Origin: Bacteroidales bacterium
Lineage (GTDB): Bacteria; Bacteroidota; Bacteroidia; Bacteroidales; UBA12077
Assembly (NCBI GenBank): GCA_041686375.1
Contig: JAWLEB010000010.1
Location: forward strand, 15,301-79,300
Direction of reading: 5' to 3'
DNA: 64,000 bases
The notes beneath the pieces were generated by a model, which was not told the origin of the DNA, did no database searches, and saw only the letters and a list, made by a program, of their open reading frames with translations. The position numbers and the translations under genes were made by a program. Positions 9,995 through 22,489 of the stretch are shown one piece after another (position 1 is the stretch's first letter; each line of letters begins with the position of its first letter).

Positions 9995-10957
9995 TTATGT
10001 ATTAGAAAACGCATCTACCAACTTTGGTACAACTTCAAAAGCATCTCCTACGATACCATAATCCGCAACTTCAAAGATTGGCGCATCTTTATCATTATTG
10101 ATAGCTACTATATACTTTGAGCGGCTCACACCTGCTATGTGCTGTATAGCACCAGATATACCCACAGCAATATATAAATTAGGCGCAATAATTTTGCCTG
10201 TTTGACCTGTGTGTTCTTCATGCGGTCTCCATCCCTCATCAGATACAGGTCTGGAACATGCTGTTGCTCCACCCAGGACATCAGCTAATTCCTCAATAGA
10301 TCCCCAATTTTCAGATGCTTTCATACCCCTGCCTCCAGAAACAACAATCTCGGCATCGGTAAGCAAGAGTTGCTCTCTATATTTTTCAACATCAACTACC
10401 TTCGTTTTTACAAGATCATCACCAATTTCTGGTTCAAATTTCTCTATTTGTGACTCTTTAGGGTTTTCGATAACCTCGAATGAATTCTGAGCTAAAGTGA
10501 GTATCTTCTTATCTGATTTAATAGCCATATTAGCAAATGCCTTGCCTGAGAATACCTTTTTATTAACAGTAAAAGGATCCAACTTTGAAGGTAATTGGTT
10601 AACTTCCGAACCAATACCCGCTTTTAACCTGGCTGACAACCTGGGAGCAATTGCTTTGCCAGTGTTATTATGTGCAATAACAACAACATTAGCGTCCTCT
10701 TTTTCCGTAACTTTTGCAAGAGCCGAAGTATATGCCTGATTATCTAAATAATCAAGTTTGTCATGGTTAATAGAAATAATTTTATCTGCCGAGTAATGGG
10801 CTAATTTTTTTAATTCATTTTCCTCTACTTTCCCAATAGAAACTGCTACAGTTTTTGTGTTTAGCATTTCCGCAAGTTTACTTGCGTAAGATACCAATTC
10901 AAAAGAATATTTCTTGAATTTGCCATCCCAATTTTCGGTAAAAACTAATACTGCCAT
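9995..10957 (-). CDS. etfA: electron transfer flavoprotein alpha subunit
   Basis: 320 aa. The C-terminal FAD-binding region VSGGRGM...[11 protein letters not shown]...[25 protein letters not shown] is diagnostic. Confidence 0.93.
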   Translation of the reverse strand: MAVLVFTENWDGKFKKYSFELVSYASKLAEMLNTKTVAVSIGKVEENELKKLAHYSADKIISINHDKLDYLDNQAYTSALAKVTEKEDANVVVIAHNNTGKAIAPRLSARLKAGIGSEVNQLPSKLDPFTVNKKVFSGKAFANMAIKSDKKILTLAQNSFEVIENPKESQIEKFEPEIGDDLVKTKVVDVEKYREQLLLTDAEIVVSGGRGMKASENWGSIEELADVLGGATACSRPVSDEGWRPHEEHTGQTGKIIAPNLYIAVGISGAIQHIAGVSRSKYIVAINNDKDAPIFEVADYGIVGDAFEVVPKLVDAFSNT

Positions 10958-11000
10958 ATGTAATATTTTATTATATTCAGTTTAAATTTTATAACAACTA

Positions 11001-11750
11001 TTAAATAACTTTTGCCTCATTTTTAAGGAGATCAACCAGTTCTTCAACATTATCAGGATCGATCATTCTGCATGCCGGCTTAGGTTCCGGTAGCTCATAA
11101 TTTTCAATCTCAGTAAGTGGTTCCATCTCTAAAGACTCTACTACATTCAATGGTTTCTTCCGTGCCATCATAATACCTCTCATAGCTGCAATACGCGGTT
11201 CAATAGCAATACCTTTCTGAACAATTGCCACAACCGGTAATTGCGTTGTAACTTTTTCTTTTCCGCCGTCAATTTCACGAATAATAGAAACCTCGTCATT
11301 CTCCAGTTCAAAAGAAGAAACGGCAGATACAGAAGGAATTCCAATGAATTCAGATAACATTCCCCCTACTAAAGCACCATTATAATCACTGGATTCAATA
11401 CCTGTAAAAATAATATCAAAATTTTCATTTTTAATAACCTCAGCCAATTGAGAAGCTACAAAATAAGCATCCTTTGGGTCAGCATCAACACGTATTGCAT
11501 CGTCTGCCCCTATAGCCAAGGCCTTACGAATTGTGGGTTCAGCAGTTTTTGTGCCCACATGTATAACTGTAACCTTATCTACAGAATTATTACTGTCTTC
11601 TTTAATCTGCAAAGCTCTTGTCAATGCAAGTTCATCCCATGGATTTATAATCCACTGAACTCCCGTGGTGTCAAACTCAGTATTGTCATTGGTAAACTTA
11701 ACTTTCGTTGTTGTATCCGGGACATTACTGAGACATACAAGTATTTTCAT
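11001..11750 (-). CDS. etfB: electron transfer flavoprotein beta subunit
   Basis: 249 aa. MKILVCLSNVPDTTTKVKF...INPWDELALTRALQIKE is typical of EtfB. Lies directly upstream of etfA. Confidence 0.93.
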   Translation of the reverse strand: MKILVCLSNVPDTTTKVKFTNDNTEFDTTGVQWIINPWDELALTRALQIKEDSNNSVDKVTVIHVGTKTAEPTIRKALAIGADDAIRVDADPKDAYFVASQLAEVIKNENFDIIFTGIESSDYNGALVGGMLSEFIGIPSVSAVSSFELENDEVSIIREIDGGKEKVTTQLPVVAIVQKGIAIEPRIAAMRGIMMARKKPLNVVESLEMEPLTEIENYELPEPKPACRMIDPDNVEELVDLLKNEAKVI

Positions 11751-11829
11751 TGACTATCAAATTTAAGTTATTAATTTATTTCCTATTTGCTGTTTGTCGG
11801 GAAAAACCAACAAAATGATTTTGAGTTAG

Positions 11830-11837
11830 CAAATATA
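11830..11837 (-). promoter_or_regulatory. candidate -7 box (TATATTTG) for etfBA
   Basis: Minus-strand TATATTTG matches the Bacteroidota sigma-A -7 consensus TAnnTTTG, about 80 nt upstream of the etfB ATG. No clean -33 TTTG was seen. Confidence 0.3.
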
Positions 11838-11894
11838 TAAATAAGAATAGAAAATTAAAATATTTAACAATATTCAAATTCATCCTTAATTCTT

Positions 11895-11902
11895 TACATT
11901 TG
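11895..11902 (+). promoter_or_regulatory. candidate -7 box (TACATTTG) for cstA
   Basis: Matches TAnnTTTG, 43 nt upstream of the cstA ATG at 11945. Confidence 0.3.
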
Positions 11903-11944
11903 CGCTATTAAGAAAATTATCCAATATTTTCAAAATAAGGAATT

Positions 11945-13402
11945 ATGATAACTTTTCTTTCTTCCATAGGTATTTTAGTATTGGGTTACTTCATATATGG
12001 TAAATTTATAGCACGCTTTTTCGGTGCAGATGATAAAATAAAAACTCCTGCCAAGCGTATAAATGATGGTGTAGATTATATGGTTTTGCCAACCTGGAAA
12101 ATCTTTGTAATCCAATTTTTAAATATTGCAGGTCTCGGTCCAATTTTCGGCGCAATCTTAGGTGCTATGTACGGTCCTATGGCTTATCTCTGGATTGTAT
12201 TCGGATGTATTTTTATGGGTGCCGTTCACGATTATTTTTCAGGAATGTTATCCATGCGGAACAATGGAGAAAGTTTGCCGGGGCTTGTAGGAAAATATTT
12301 AGGATCCGGTTTTCAGAATTTTTTGCGCTTTTTCACTATTTTACTGCTGGTTTTTGTTGGGGTTTCTTTTGCTACAGGGCCTGCAGGACTTCTGCAGAGT
12401 CTAACCGGCGGAAGTAAAACAATATGGCTCTATGTTATTTTTGCCTATTACCTAATTGCTACCCTTCTTCCAATAAATAAAATTATTGGAAGAATATATC
12501 CGTTTTTTGGCATTTCCCTCCTTATTATGGCTATTGGAATTGCAGGTGTGATAATACTTAAAGGCACATTGGGGACAATAGTCCTCAATGAACTTCATTT
12601 CAGTGATTTCAGCAATATGCACCAGGACCCTTCACAAAATATTCTTTACCCCATGATGTTCATAGTCATCTCATGCGGGGCAATTTCAGGCTTTCATTCA
12701 ACTCAGTCTCCTCTTATGGCGAGGTGTCTAAAAAAAGAAAGTCATGGAAGAAAAGCATTTTATGGTGCAATGATAGCAGAAGGCATTGTAGCTATCATAT
12801 GGGCAACCGCAGCTATGAATTTTTTCGGTGATGTTCATGGTTTGTCAGAAGCCATGGAACCAGAATCACATAATCCGGCATGGGTTGTTAATACAATAAG
12901 CCAAACCTGGATGGGTAAAGTAGGCGGAGTTCTTGCTATACTAGGAGTTATTGCTTGTCCAATAACTACGGGAGACACAGCTTTCCGCAGCGCCCGTCTT
13001 ACAATTGCCGATATATTTAAATACAAACAAAGAAAACTCTCAAACAGACTAATGGTAAGCATTCCTTTGTTTATTGGCGGGTTCATCTTATCACAGCTTG
13101 AATTCTCTACCATCTGGAAGTACCTTGGTTTATCCAATCAGATTCTGGCCGTAGTGGTTTTATGGACAGCAGCAATGTACTTAACCATTCATAAAAAGAA
13201 TCATTTTGTTATCTCAATCCCAGCCACATTTTTAACAGCTATTTGTGTTACCTATTTATTGGTAGCCCCCTTAAAAAACGGAGGACTAGCCTTGTCAACA
13301 GAACTTGGTTATCCTGGAGGAATCATTTCGGCTATTTTGGCTCTGTTATGGTTTATTTGGAGTGCAAAAAAACAAAAAGAAGCTACCCTTGAAAAAGGAT
13401 AG
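11945..13402 (+). CDS. cstA: carbon starvation protein CstA family transporter (short form)
   Basis: 485-aa polytopic membrane protein. N-terminus ...LVLGYFIYGKFIARFFG...DGVDYMVLPTWKIFVIQFLNIAGLGPIFGAILGA is characteristic of CstA. Confidence 0.85.
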   Translation: MITFLSSIGILVLGYFIYGKFIARFFGADDKIKTPAKRINDGVDYMVLPTWKIFVIQFLNIAGLGPIFGAILGAMYGPMAYLWIVFGCIFMGAVHDYFSGMLSMRNNGESLPGLVGKYLGSGFQNFLRFFTILLLVFVGVSFATGPAGLLQSLTGGSKTIWLYVIFAYYLIATLLPINKIIGRIYPFFGISLLIMAIGIAGVIILKGTLGTIVLNELHFSDFSNMHQDPSQNILYPMMFIVISCGAISGFHSTQSPLMARCLKKESHGRKAFYGAMIAEGIVAIIWATAAMNFFGDVHGLSEAMEPESHNPAWVVNTISQTWMGKVGGVLAILGVIACPITTGDTAFRSARLTIADIFKYKQRKLSNRLMVSIPLFIGGFILSQLEFSTIWKYLGLSNQILAVVVLWTAAMYLTIHKKNHFVISIPATFLTAICVTYLLVAPLKNGGLALSTELGYPGGIISAILALLWFIWSAKKQKEATLEKG

Positions 13403-13432
13403 CTTCAATATTAGATTATATAAGGTTTTTTA

Positions 13433-13774
13433 CTATGCCTGAGCTGTAGGACCTCCAAAATTCAATGGCATGGAGGAACCACCACCGCCTCTGTTAGCAT
13501 CTATTTCACCATGCAGTTTTTCAAATTTATTGATATTTTCCTGCAGAGCCTTTAACAGGCGTTTAGCATGTTCAGGCGTCAGAATAACGCGTGACTTTAC
13601 CTCAGCTTTCGGCATGCCTGGCATCATTCGGATAAAATCCAGAACAAATTCCGTACTTGAATGATTTATAACAGCAAGATTGGAATAGATGCCCTGTGCT
13701 ACCTCTTCACTGAGATTGATATTAACCTGATTTTTTTTCTTCTTATTATTGTTATTATTCTGTTGATCACTCAT
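13433..13774 (-). CDS. DUF3467-family small protein, co-transcribed with rpoC
   Basis: 113 aa. Core GIYSNLAVINHSSTEFVLDFIRMMPGMPKAEVKSRVILTPEHAKRLLKAL matches my recollection of DUF3467. Poly-N/K N-terminus and Gly-rich C-terminus. Starts 14 nt after the rpoC stop. Confidence 0.7.
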   Translation of the reverse strand: MSDQQNNNNNKKKKNQVNINLSEEVAQGIYSNLAVINHSSTEFVLDFIRMMPGMPKAEVKSRVILTPEHAKRLLKALQENINKFEKLHGEIDANRGGGGSSMPLNFGGPTAQA

Positions 13775-13788
13775 AAATATTGTGATTT

Positions 13789-16700
13789 TTATTTAGAATC
13801 AGCTTTCTCCTTTTTCCCTTTTTTGATCATCTTTTCATAATCTTCGATTGAACCGACGATAATATCTTCATAGTCACGATTACCTGTTCCTGCAGGTATC
13901 TTATGTCCAACAATCACATTTTCTTTCAATCCCATCAATGGATCCTTTTTGCCTCTTATAGCTGCTTCATTAAGAACTCTTGTAGTCTCCTGGAATGAGG
14001 CAGCAGATAAGAAACTCTTCGTTTGAAGGGCAGCACGTGTAATACCTTGTAGTTTCTGACTAGAAGTAGCAGGTACTGCATCCCTTGCGTCAACAGGCTT
14101 AAGGTCTTTACGTTTTAAGACTGAATTCTCATCTCTCAATTTTCTTGTGGTAACAATTTGTCCCGAATGTAAATTGTTCGAATCACCAGCATCCGTTACC
14201 ACTTTTTTATCATAGATCCAGTCATTTTCTTCCTGGAATTCTACTTTATCAGCAATCTGGTTTTCCAGAAATTTGGTATCACCAGGATCCTCGATGACAA
14301 CTTTCCTCATCATCTGCCGTACGATAATCTCAAAATGTTTATCATTGATCTTCACACCCTGCAGACGATATACTTCCTGAACTTCATTTACGATATACTC
14401 CTGAACTTTTGTAGGACCTTTAATAGAAAGAATATCTGAAGGAGTAATTGCACCGTCTGAGAGTGGAGTTCCAGCCTTCACATAGTCATTTTCCTGCACA
14501 AGTATCTGCTTAGCAAGAGAAACAAGATATTTCTTTACTTCACCTGTTTTGGATTTAATTAATATCTCACGGTTACCCCGTTTAATCTTACCAAAAGCAA
14601 CCTCACCATCAATTTCGGAAACGACAGCAGGATTAGAAGGATTCCTTGCTTCAAAGAGTTCAGTTACCCTTGGTAAACCTCCTGTAATATCACCAGATTT
14701 ACCAACTGTACGTGGTATTTTAACAAGAATATCCCCGGTGTTAACTTTATCTTCTTCCTCAGCAACTACATGAGCTCCAACAGGCAAGTTGTAGGTTTTC
14801 AGCACTTCATCCTTCTCACCAACAATCTGTATTTCAGGATTTTTCTTCTTATCTTTTGTCTCTGTAATCACTTTTTCCCTGAAACCGGTTTGTTCATCTG
14901 ATTCCTCCTTATAAGTAATTCCTGAAATAACATTTTTAAACTTGACCCTACCAGGACTTTCTGAAATAATTACTGCATTATAAGGATCCCATTCACATAA
15001 GAGCTGATCTTGCTTAACCTCATCACCACTCTTCACATACAATCTCGAACCATAAGGAATATTATTGGTAGATAATACAATATTCGTATTTTTATCAATA
15101 ATTCTCAGCTCAGCTAATCGCCCGATAACAATATCAACCTTCTTTGTTTTACCTTCCTCATCGATTTCCTTTTTTTCGACAGTCCTCAGCTCATCAATTT
15201 CGACATAACCATCGTATTTAGAAACAATGGTTGAACTGGCTGCAATATTAGAAGCAGTACCTCCGACGTGGAAAGTTCTCAGTGTCAACTGAGTACCAGG
15301 TTCACCAATAGATTGGGCAGCGATAACCCCAACTGATTCACCTTTATCAGCCATCTTGCCTGTTGCAAGATTACGACCGTAGCATGTCGAGCAAACACCA
15401 TCTTTTGTTTCACAAGTAAGAACTGAACGAATTTCAATTTGCTCAAGCGGAGATTCTTCGATTCGCTGACCTATTTCCTCAGTTATTTCTTCTCCAGATG
15501 AAACAATCAATTCACCTGTAAATGGGTGATAAATCTCGTGAACGGCAATACGCCCAAGAATACGTTCATATAAAGTTTCTATAACTTCTTCATTCTTCTT
15601 GATTGGCCCGACAACCAATCCTCTGAGTGTTCCGCAGTCTTCCTCTCGTATAATAACATCCTGGGAAACATCAACAAGACGACGAGTCAAATATCCAGCA
15701 TCGGCTGTTTTAAGAGCGGTATCAGCAAGACCTTTACGTGCACCGTGAGTTGATATAAAATACTCAAGTACAGACAATCCCTCTTTAAAATTAGAAAGAA
15801 TTGGGTTCTCAATAATCTCAGAACCTGTAGTGCCTGATTTTTGGGGTTTAGCCATCAATCCACGCATACCTGATAACTGCCTAATCTGTTCTTTAGATCC
15901 TCTCGCACCTGAATCAAGCATCATATAAACTGAATTGAACCCCTGATTATCGGTACTCAGTTTTTCCATTAAAATCTGCGTCAGATTAGCATTGGTATGT
16001 GTCCAAATATCAATAATTTGATTATAACGTTCCTTGAAAGTTATAAAACCCATATTATAGTTATTCATCACTTCATCAACCTGCTCATAACCAGATGGAA
16101 CAAGTTCTTCCTTCTCTTTAGGTATAATAATGTCATCCAGGTTAAAGGATAAACCTCCTCTGAATGCCGTGTTGAAACCCAATGATTTTATATCATCAAG
16201 GAATTTTGCAATTTTAGGAGCATCAGTACGTTTCAACACTTCCCCGATAATATCCCTCAAAGACTTTTTCGTTAATAACTTATTAATATATCCAATTCCT
16301 TTGGGAACATATTGATTAAAAATTATTCTTCCAATCGTAGTCTCGATTATATTTTTACCCCCTTCGGTATTTTCATCATTATCTATACGCACTTTCACTT
16401 TGGTGTGAAGATCAACTGCATTCTCATTATATGCAATGATAGCCTCTTCAGTTGAATAGAATGAAAGTCCTTCACCTTTAGCGTCTTTTCTTTCTTTAGT
16501 AAGATAATATAAACCAAGTACCATATCCTGTGAAGGGACGGTAATTGGAGCGCCATTTGCAGGATTCAATACATTATGGGTTGAAAGCATAAGCAATTGT
16601 GCTTCAAGAATAGAAGCATTTCCTAAAGGGAGATGTACTGCCATTTGGTCACCATCAAAGTCAGCATTAAAAGGAGTACACACCAAAGGATGTAGCTGAA

Positions 16701-18075
16701 TAGCCTTTCCCTCAATTAATTTAGGCTGGAAAGCCTGTATACCCAATCTGTGCAATGTAGGAGCACGGTTTAACAATACCGGATGTCCTTTCATTACATT
16801 TTCAAGAATATCCCAAACAACCGGGTCTTTTCGGTCTACAATTTTTTTGGCAGACTTAACAGTTTTCACAATACCTCTTTCAATCAGCTTTCTGATTACA
16901 AAAGGCTTGTATATTTCAGCCGCCATATCTTTTGGGATACCGCATTCGTGCATTTTTAATTCAGGGCCAACACTAATAACAGAGCGGGCAGAGTAATCTA
17001 CGCGCTTACCGAGCAAATTCTGACGGAAACGTCCTTGTTTACCTTTAAGGCTATCGCTAAGTGATTTTAATGCTCTATTTGAATCCGTTTTAACGGCATT
17101 TGATTTTCTGGAATTATCAAATAAAGAATCTACAGCTTCCTGCAGCATTCTCTTTTCATTTCTCAAGATTACCTCAGGAGCTTTAATCTCAATTAGTCTT
17201 TTTAATCGATTATTTCTGATAATTACCCTTCTGTACAGGTCGTTAAGGTCTGAAGTAGCAAACCGTCCACCATCTAAAGGCACTAGAGGTCTTAGTTCAG
17301 GTGGAATAACGGGTACTACTTTAGTAATCATCCATTCAGGACGATTACGGTCTTTAGAAGCTCTGAATGCTTCTACCACCTGTAACCTCTTCAATGCTTC
17401 TTTTTTCCTCTGCTGAGAAGTTTCGTTGTCAGCCTTATATCTTAAACTATAGGACAATTCATCCAGATCAATCTGAGACAGCAATTTATAGAGTGCTTCA
17501 GCGCCCATATCAGCAACAAACTTATTCGGGTCGTTATCCTCGAGTTGCTGATTTCCTTTTGGCAAAGATTCCAAAATATCAAGATACTCTTCCTCTGTTA
17601 AGAAATCCAAATACTTAACACCATCCTGAGCTTTAACACCAGGACTAATCACAACATATCTTTCATAATAAATTATAGAATCCAGTTTTTTAGTGGGTAA
17701 CCCCAATAACAAACCAATTTTATTTGGCAATGAACGGAAATACCAAATATGGGCTACCGGGACAACTAAAGAGATGTGTCCCATTCGTTCCCTTCTAACC
17801 TTTTTCTCTGTAACTTCCACTCCACATCTGTCACACACTATACCTTTATACCTAATTCTTTTATATTTGCCGCAATGACACTCGTAATCTTTTACGGGTC
17901 CGAATATTCTTTCGCAAAATAACCCATCTCTTTCGGGCTTGTAGGTTCTATAGTTAATAGTTTCAGGTTTGAGCACCTCACCATGAGATTGTTCTAAAAT
18001 CTCTTCAGGAGAAGCCAATCCGACGGACACTTTATTAAAGTCACTTGAAATTTTATTATCCCTTCTGAATGACAT
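13789..18075 (-). CDS. rpoC: DNA-directed RNA polymerase subunit beta'
   Basis: 1428 aa. Zinc-finger [23 protein letters not shown], catalytic [12 protein letters not shown], trigger-loop and bridge-helix regions. Confidence 0.98.
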   Translation of the reverse strand: MSFRRDNKISSDFNKVSVGLASPEEILEQSHGEVLKPETINYRTYKPERDGLFCERIFGPVKDYECHCGKYKRIRYKGIVCDRCGVEVTEKKVRRERMGHISLVVPVAHIWYFRSLPNKIGLLLGLPTKKLDSIIYYERYVVISPGVKAQDGVKYLDFLTEEEYLDILESLPKGNQQLEDNDPNKFVADMGAEALYKLLSQIDLDELSYSLRYKADNETSQQRKKEALKRLQVVEAFRASKDRNRPEWMITKVVPVIPPELRPLVPLDGGRFATSDLNDLYRRVIIRNNRLKRLIEIKAPEVILRNEKRMLQEAVDSLFDNSRKSNAVKTDSNRALKSLSDSLKGKQGRFRQNLLGKRVDYSARSVISVGPELKMHECGIPKDMAAEIYKPFVIRKLIERGIVKTVKSAKKIVDRKDPVVWDILENVMKGHPVLLNRAPTLHRLGIQAFQPKLIEGKAIQLHPLVCTPFNADFDGDQMAVHLPLGNASILEAQLLMLSTHNVLNPANGAPITVPSQDMVLGLYYLTKERKDAKGEGLSFYSTEEAIIAYNENAVDLHTKVKVRIDNDENTEGGKNIIETTIGRIIFNQYVPKGIGYINKLLTKKSLRDIIGEVLKRTDAPKIAKFLDDIKSLGFNTAFRGGLSFNLDDIIIPKEKEELVPSGYEQVDEVMNNYNMGFITFKERYNQIIDIWTHTNANLTQILMEKLSTDNQGFNSVYMMLDSGARGSKEQIRQLSGMRGLMAKPQKSGTTGSEIIENPILSNFKEGLSVLEYFISTHGARKGLADTALKTADAGYLTRRLVDVSQDVIIREEDCGTLRGLVVGPIKKNEEVIETLYERILGRIAVHEIYHPFTGELIVSSGEEITEEIGQRIEESPLEQIEIRSVLTCETKDGVCSTCYGRNLATGKMADKGESVGVIAAQSIGEPGTQLTLRTFHVGGTASNIAASSTIVSKYDGYVEIDELRTVEKKEIDEEGKTKKVDIVIGRLAELRIIDKNTNIVLSTNNIPYGSRLYVKSGDEVKQDQLLCEWDPYNAVIISESPGRVKFKNVISGITYKEESDEQTGFREKVITETKDKKKNPEIQIVGEKDEVLKTYNLPVGAHVVAEEEDKVNTGDILVKIPRTVGKSGDITGGLPRVTELFEARNPSNPAVVSEIDGEVAFGKIKRGNREILIKSKTGEVKKYLVSLAKQILVQENDYVKAGTPLSDGAITPSDILSIKGPTKVQEYIVNEVQEVYRLQGVKINDKHFEIIVRQMMRKVVIEDPGDTKFLENQIADKVEFQEENDWIYDKKVVTDAGDSNNLHSGQIVTTRKLRDENSVLKRKDLKPVDARDAVPATSSQKLQGITRAALQTKSFLSAASFQETTRVLNEAAIRGKKDPLMGLKENVIVGHKIPAGTGNRDYEDIIVGSIEDYEKMIKKGKKEKADSK

Positions 18076-18143
18076 AGATCAAAAATTAAATTAATACCAA
18101 AAATCAATAAACATGCAAGATGGAACAGAAATCTATAAACAAA

Positions 18144-21100
18144 TTATTCCTTTTCCATTTTAATACTCAATCCGAGTCCACGTAGTTCGTGCAACAATAC
18201 GTTAAAAGACTCTGGGATACCAGGTACTGGTAGTGGATCTCCTTTTACAATTGTTTCGTATGCACGCGCTCTACCATTAACATCATCGGATTTTACGGTC
18301 AGCATTTCCTGCAGGATACTAGAAGCACCAAAAGCTTCAAGTGCCCACACTTCCATCTCACCGAAACGCTGCCCTCCAAATTGAGCCTTACCTCCAAGAG
18401 GTTGTTGTGTAATTAGCGAATATGGCCCAATAGAACGGGCATGAATTTTATCATCGACCATGTGGCCCAGTTTCAACATATAAATGACACCTACAGTAGC
18501 TGGTTGGTCGAATTTTTTACCTGTTCCTCCATCATACAGATGCGTCTTACCGTATGCAGGTAAGCCTGCTTTCTCTGTATATTCATTTATTTGTTCAAGC
18601 GTTGCGCCATCAAAAATTGGAGTTGAAAATTTCATACCTAATTTTTCTCCGGCCCAACCAAGAACAGATTCATATATCTGTCCAAGATTCATCCTTGAAG
18701 GTACACCTAACGGGTTTAATACAATATCTACAGGTGTTCCGTCTTCAAGGAAAGGCATGTCTTCGACACGAACAACTTTGGAAATAATACCCTTATTACC
18801 ATGTCGTCCTGCCAATTTATCGCCCACTTTGATCTTTCGCTTCTTAGCTATATAAACTTTTGCCATTTGGACGATACCAGTGGGTAGTTCATCCCCTATT
18901 GAGATATTATATTTTTCTCTTCTAAGTTGTGCCTCTATCCCTCTTCTTTGAATATTATAATTATGCAGTAAAGTTTTTATAACTTCATTCTTGCTTTTAT
19001 CAGTCGTCCATTTTTTAGGGCTAACATTAGTATAATCAATCTCCTGTAGTATTTTTTGTGTAAACTTTTTCCCTTTTGGTACTACTACAGCGTTATAATA
19101 ATCCTTAACCCCTTGTGATGTTTTTCCGTTAACCAACACAAAAAGTTTATCAATAAGTTGGTTTGTCAGATTATCAATTTGCTGACCATACTCTTTATCT
19201 AGCTCCTCTAATTTATCTTTATCTGAGTTTTTAGACTTTTTATCTTTTACAGCTCTGGTGAATAGCTTCTTATCTACTATAACACCCATCAAAGATGGAG
19301 AAGCTTTTAGAGAAGCATCTTTCACATCACCGGCTTTATCACCGAAAATTGCCCTAAGCAATTTTTCTTCCGGCGAGGGGTCAGATTCACCTTTGGGGGT
19401 AATCTTACCAATGAGGATATCTCCAGGTTTAACGTGAGCACCAATTCTAATAATACCATTCTCATCAAGGTCTTTGGTGGCCTCTTCACTAACATTAGGT
19501 ATATCAGAAGTCAATTCTTCCAGTCCTCGTTTTGTATCACGTACTTCCATCACATGTTCTTCAATGTGAACCGAAGTAAAGACATCTTCCCTTACAACAT
19601 TTTCAGAAATAACGATTGCATCCTCAAAATTATAACCTTTCCATGGCATAAAGGCTACTTTCAGGTTTTTACCCAATGCAAGCTCTCCTTCCTGGGTTCC
19701 ATATCCCTCAGTAAGCACCTGTCCTTTTTTTACTTTTTCACCTTTCTTCACAATAGGCTTTAAAGTAACACTTGTGTTTTGATTGGTTTTATGATATTTA
19801 AGAAGTTTATAGCGTTTTACTTCACTTTCAAAACTAACAAATTGTTCTTTTTCTGTTTTCTCGTATCTAATAACAATCTCATTAGCATCAACATATTCAA
19901 TAGTTCCATCTCTTTCGGCTAAAATTTGTAATCTGGAATCTCTCACCACTTCGCCTTCAAGACCTGTTCCCACCACTGGTGAGTCGGGTTTCATAAGAGG
20001 CACAGCTTGCCGCATCATGTTTGAACCCATCAGAGCACGGTTTGCGTCATTATGTTCAAGAAATGGAATCAAAGAAGCAGCAATTGATGCTATTTGATTT
20101 GGCGCCACGTCCATTAAATTAACAGACGATGACTCTGTATATGGGAAATCTCCATCATGGCGTGCTTTAACCTTATTTGTTTTGAAAGCGCCATCATCAC
20201 CAATCTTAGCATTTGCCTGGGCTATCATTTTTGCCTCTTCTTCTTCAGCACTTAAATAGATTGCCCCGTTTTTAGTAAGATCAACTTTTCCAGCTTCCAC
20301 TTTTCTATATGGAGTCTCAATAAATCCCAGTTCATTAATCTTGGCATATACACATAATGACGATATCAGTCCAATATTCGGGCCTTCAGGTGTTTCAATA
20401 GGACACAATCTTCCGTAATGTGTATAATGAACGTCTCTTACCTCAAAACCAGCTCTTTCACGTGAAAGGCCTCCAGGGCCAAGAGCAGATAATCTTCTTT
20501 TATGAGTTACCTCAGCCAGTGGATTCGTTTGATCCATAAACTGAGACAATTGGTTGGTGCCAAAAAAAGAATTAATAACGGAAGATAATGTTTTTGAATT
20601 AATAAGGTCTATCGGAGTAAAGACCTCATTATCTCTAACGTTCATTCTCTCTCGTATAGTTCTGGCCATTCGGGCCAGACCAACGCCAAACTGATTATAT
20701 AACTGTTCACCAACGGTTCTTACTCTTCTGTTACTAAGATGGTCGATATCATCAACATTAGTCTTAGAATTAATAAGTTTTATTAAATATTTAATTATTT
20801 CGATGATATCATCGTTCGTCAGTGTTTTAGTATCGATTGGAGTATCCAGGTTAAGTTTTCTATTCAGCCTGTATCTTCCAACTTCCCCTAAATCATATCT
20901 TGTATCCGAAAAGAATAATTTATCTATGACATCTCGCGCGGTGGTCTCATCAGGTGGTTCGGCATTTCGTAATTGCCGGTAAATTTGCATCACAGCTTCT
21001 TTTTCGGAATTACATGGATCCTTTTGAAGGGTATTGTAAATAATAGCATAATCGATTTGCGAATGATCTTCACGATGTAATAAAATAGTATCCGCACCGG

Positions 21101-21962
21101 AATCTATAATCTGATCGATATGCTTTTCTTCTATAACTGTGTCACGATCAATAACAACTTCATTTCTTTCTATAGAAACTACTTCGCCTGTATCTTCATC
21201 AACAAAATCCTCAACCCATGATCGCAGTACCCGTGCTGCTAAAGTACGACCAATAACCTTTGAAAGGTTCGGTTTTGATACTTTAACTTCATCTGCCAAA
21301 TTAAATATTTCGAGCACATCTTTATCGCTTTCATAACCTATAGCACGCAGCAAGGTTGTAACGGGTAATTTCTTCTTCCTGTCAATATATGCATACATCA
21401 CATTATTGACATCGGTTGCAAACTCAATCCAGGAACCCCTGAAAGGGATAATACGGGCGGAATAAAGTTTCGTCCCATTTGCATGGATACTTTGACCGAA
21501 AAATACGCCTGGTGATCTATGGAGCTGGGAAACAATAACCCGCTCAGCGCCATTAATCACAAAAGAGCCCTTATCCGTCATATAGGGTACAGTTCCAAGA
21601 TAGACATCCTGAATAACTGTATCAAAATCTTCATGCTCGGGGTCTGTACAGTATAACTTTAATTTAGCTTTAAGCGGTACACTATAGGTTAAGCCTCGTT
21701 CAATACATTCTTCAATAGTATACCTAGGTGGATCAACAGTATAATCTATAAATTCCAGCACAAAATTATTTCTTGTATCCGTTATAGGATAATTCTCCTG
21801 AAAGACTTGATATAAGCCTTCTTCTTTACGTTGTTCAGGAGTAGTGTCTAGCTGAAAAAAGTCTCTGAAAGATTTGAGCTGGATTTCTAAAAAATCGGGG
21901 TATGGTAACTGATTTTTTGTAGATGCGAAGCTGATCCTTTGATTATTTCTTTGTAATATCAT
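18144..21962 (-). CDS. rpoB: DNA-directed RNA polymerase subunit beta
   Basis: 1272 aa. Rif region [35 protein letters not shown]-terminal [15 protein letters not shown]. Confidence 0.98.
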   Translation of the reverse strand: MILQRNNQRISFASTKNQLPYPDFLEIQLKSFRDFFQLDTTPEQRKEEGLYQVFQENYPITDTRNNFVLEFIDYTVDPPRYTIEECIERGLTYSVPLKAKLKLYCTDPEHEDFDTVIQDVYLGTVPYMTDKGSFVINGAERVIVSQLHRSPGVFFGQSIHANGTKLYSARIIPFRGSWIEFATDVNNVMYAYIDRKKKLPVTTLLRAIGYESDKDVLEIFNLADEVKVSKPNLSKVIGRTLAARVLRSWVEDFVDEDTGEVVSIERNEVVIDRDTVIEEKHIDQIIDSGADTILLHREDHSQIDYAIIYNTLQKDPCNSEKEAVMQIYRQLRNAEPPDETTARDVIDKLFFSDTRYDLGEVGRYRLNRKLNLDTPIDTKTLTNDDIIEIIKYLIKLINSKTNVDDIDHLSNRRVRTVGEQLYNQFGVGLARMARTIRERMNVRDNEVFTPIDLINSKTLSSVINSFFGTNQLSQFMDQTNPLAEVTHKRRLSALGPGGLSRERAGFEVRDVHYTHYGRLCPIETPEGPNIGLISSLCVYAKINELGFIETPYRKVEAGKVDLTKNGAIYLSAEEEEAKMIAQANAKIGDDGAFKTNKVKARHDGDFPYTESSSVNLMDVAPNQIASIAASLIPFLEHNDANRALMGSNMMRQAVPLMKPDSPVVGTGLEGEVVRDSRLQILAERDGTIEYVDANEIVIRYEKTEKEQFVSFESEVKRYKLLKYHKTNQNTSVTLKPIVKKGEKVKKGQVLTEGYGTQEGELALGKNLKVAFMPWKGYNFEDAIVISENVVREDVFTSVHIEEHVMEVRDTKRGLEELTSDIPNVSEEATKDLDENGIIRIGAHVKPGDILIGKITPKGESDPSPEEKLLRAIFGDKAGDVKDASLKASPSLMGVIVDKKLFTRAVKDKKSKNSDKDKLEELDKEYGQQIDNLTNQLIDKLFVLVNGKTSQGVKDYYNAVVVPKGKKFTQKILQEIDYTNVSPKKWTTDKSKNEVIKTLLHNYNIQRRGIEAQLRREKYNISIGDELPTGIVQMAKVYIAKKRKIKVGDKLAGRHGNKGIISKVVRVEDMPFLEDGTPVDIVLNPLGVPSRMNLGQIYESVLGWAGEKLGMKFSTPIFDGATLEQINEYTEKAGLPAYGKTHLYDGGTGKKFDQPATVGVIYMLKLGHMVDDKIHARSIGPYSLITQQPLGGKAQFGGQRFGEMEVWALEAFGASSILQEMLTVKSDDVNGRARAYETIVKGDPLPVPGIPESFNVLLHELRGLGLSIKMEKE

Positions 21963-22004
21963 TCTACCAGGGAATTAAATGAACCTACCACAATATATAA
22001 ATAG

Positions 22005-22040
22005 GAAAAAAAGGTAAAGAATCCTAGGGTATAGGATTCT
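22005..22040 (-). terminator. rplL-rpoB intergenic hairpin (partial terminator/attenuator)
   Basis: AGAATCCT (22018-22025) pairs with AGGATTCT (22033-22040) around a 7-nt loop. On the minus strand it is followed by UUUACCUUUUUUU. The position is analogous to the known rplL-rpoB attenuator of other bacteria. Confidence 0.5.
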
Positions 22041-22072
22041 AAACCTATAAAATATTAGACTTTAACCGAATT

Positions 22073-22450
22073 CTATTTAAGTTCAACTTCTGCGCCGGCG
22101 TCTTCAAGTTTGGATTTAAGTGATTCTGCGTCATCTTTAGAAACACCTTCCTGCACAGCCTTAGGCACAGAGTCTACTAGTTCTTTAGCTTCTTTAAGTC
22201 CAAGTCCGGTCAGTTCTTTAACTAACTTTACAATTTGTAGTTTAGCACCACCGGCCGATTTGAGGACTACATCAAATTCGGTCTGTTCTTTTGCACCTTC
22301 GCCTTCGTCTCCTCCAGCAGGACCTGCAGCTACTACAGGTGCAGAGGCTGGTTCAATGCCGTATTCGTCTTTCAATATGTCTGCTAGTTCGTTAACTTCT
22401 TTAACACTTAAGTTAACCAATTCTTCTGCAAGCGCTTTTAAATCTGCCAT
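22073..22450 (-). CDS. rplL: 50S ribosomal protein L7/L12
   Basis: 125 aa. [34 protein letters not shown]... then an Ala/Gly hinge and the C-terminal domain LKEAKELVD. Confidence 0.97.
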   Translation of the reverse strand: MADLKALAEELVNLSVKEVNELADILKDEYGIEPASAPVVAAGPAGGDEGEGAKEQTEFDVVLKSAGGAKLQIVKLVKELTGLGLKEAKELVDSVPKAVQEGVSKDDAESLKSKLEDAGAEVELK

Positions 22451-22489
22451 TGTTCTCTAAATTTTAATGAATTTAAATTTTGATTTTTT

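Noticed and set aside
22110-22460. 116-aa plus-strand ORF fully antisense to rplL. Similar antisense ORFs occur in rpoB, rpoC, tuf, purL, nifJ, etfA and other genes.
   Set aside because: These are typical shadow ORFs of strongly biased, highly expressed genes. The products are low-complexity (S/P/A/T-rich) and each ORF is fully contained in a well-supported gene on the other strand.
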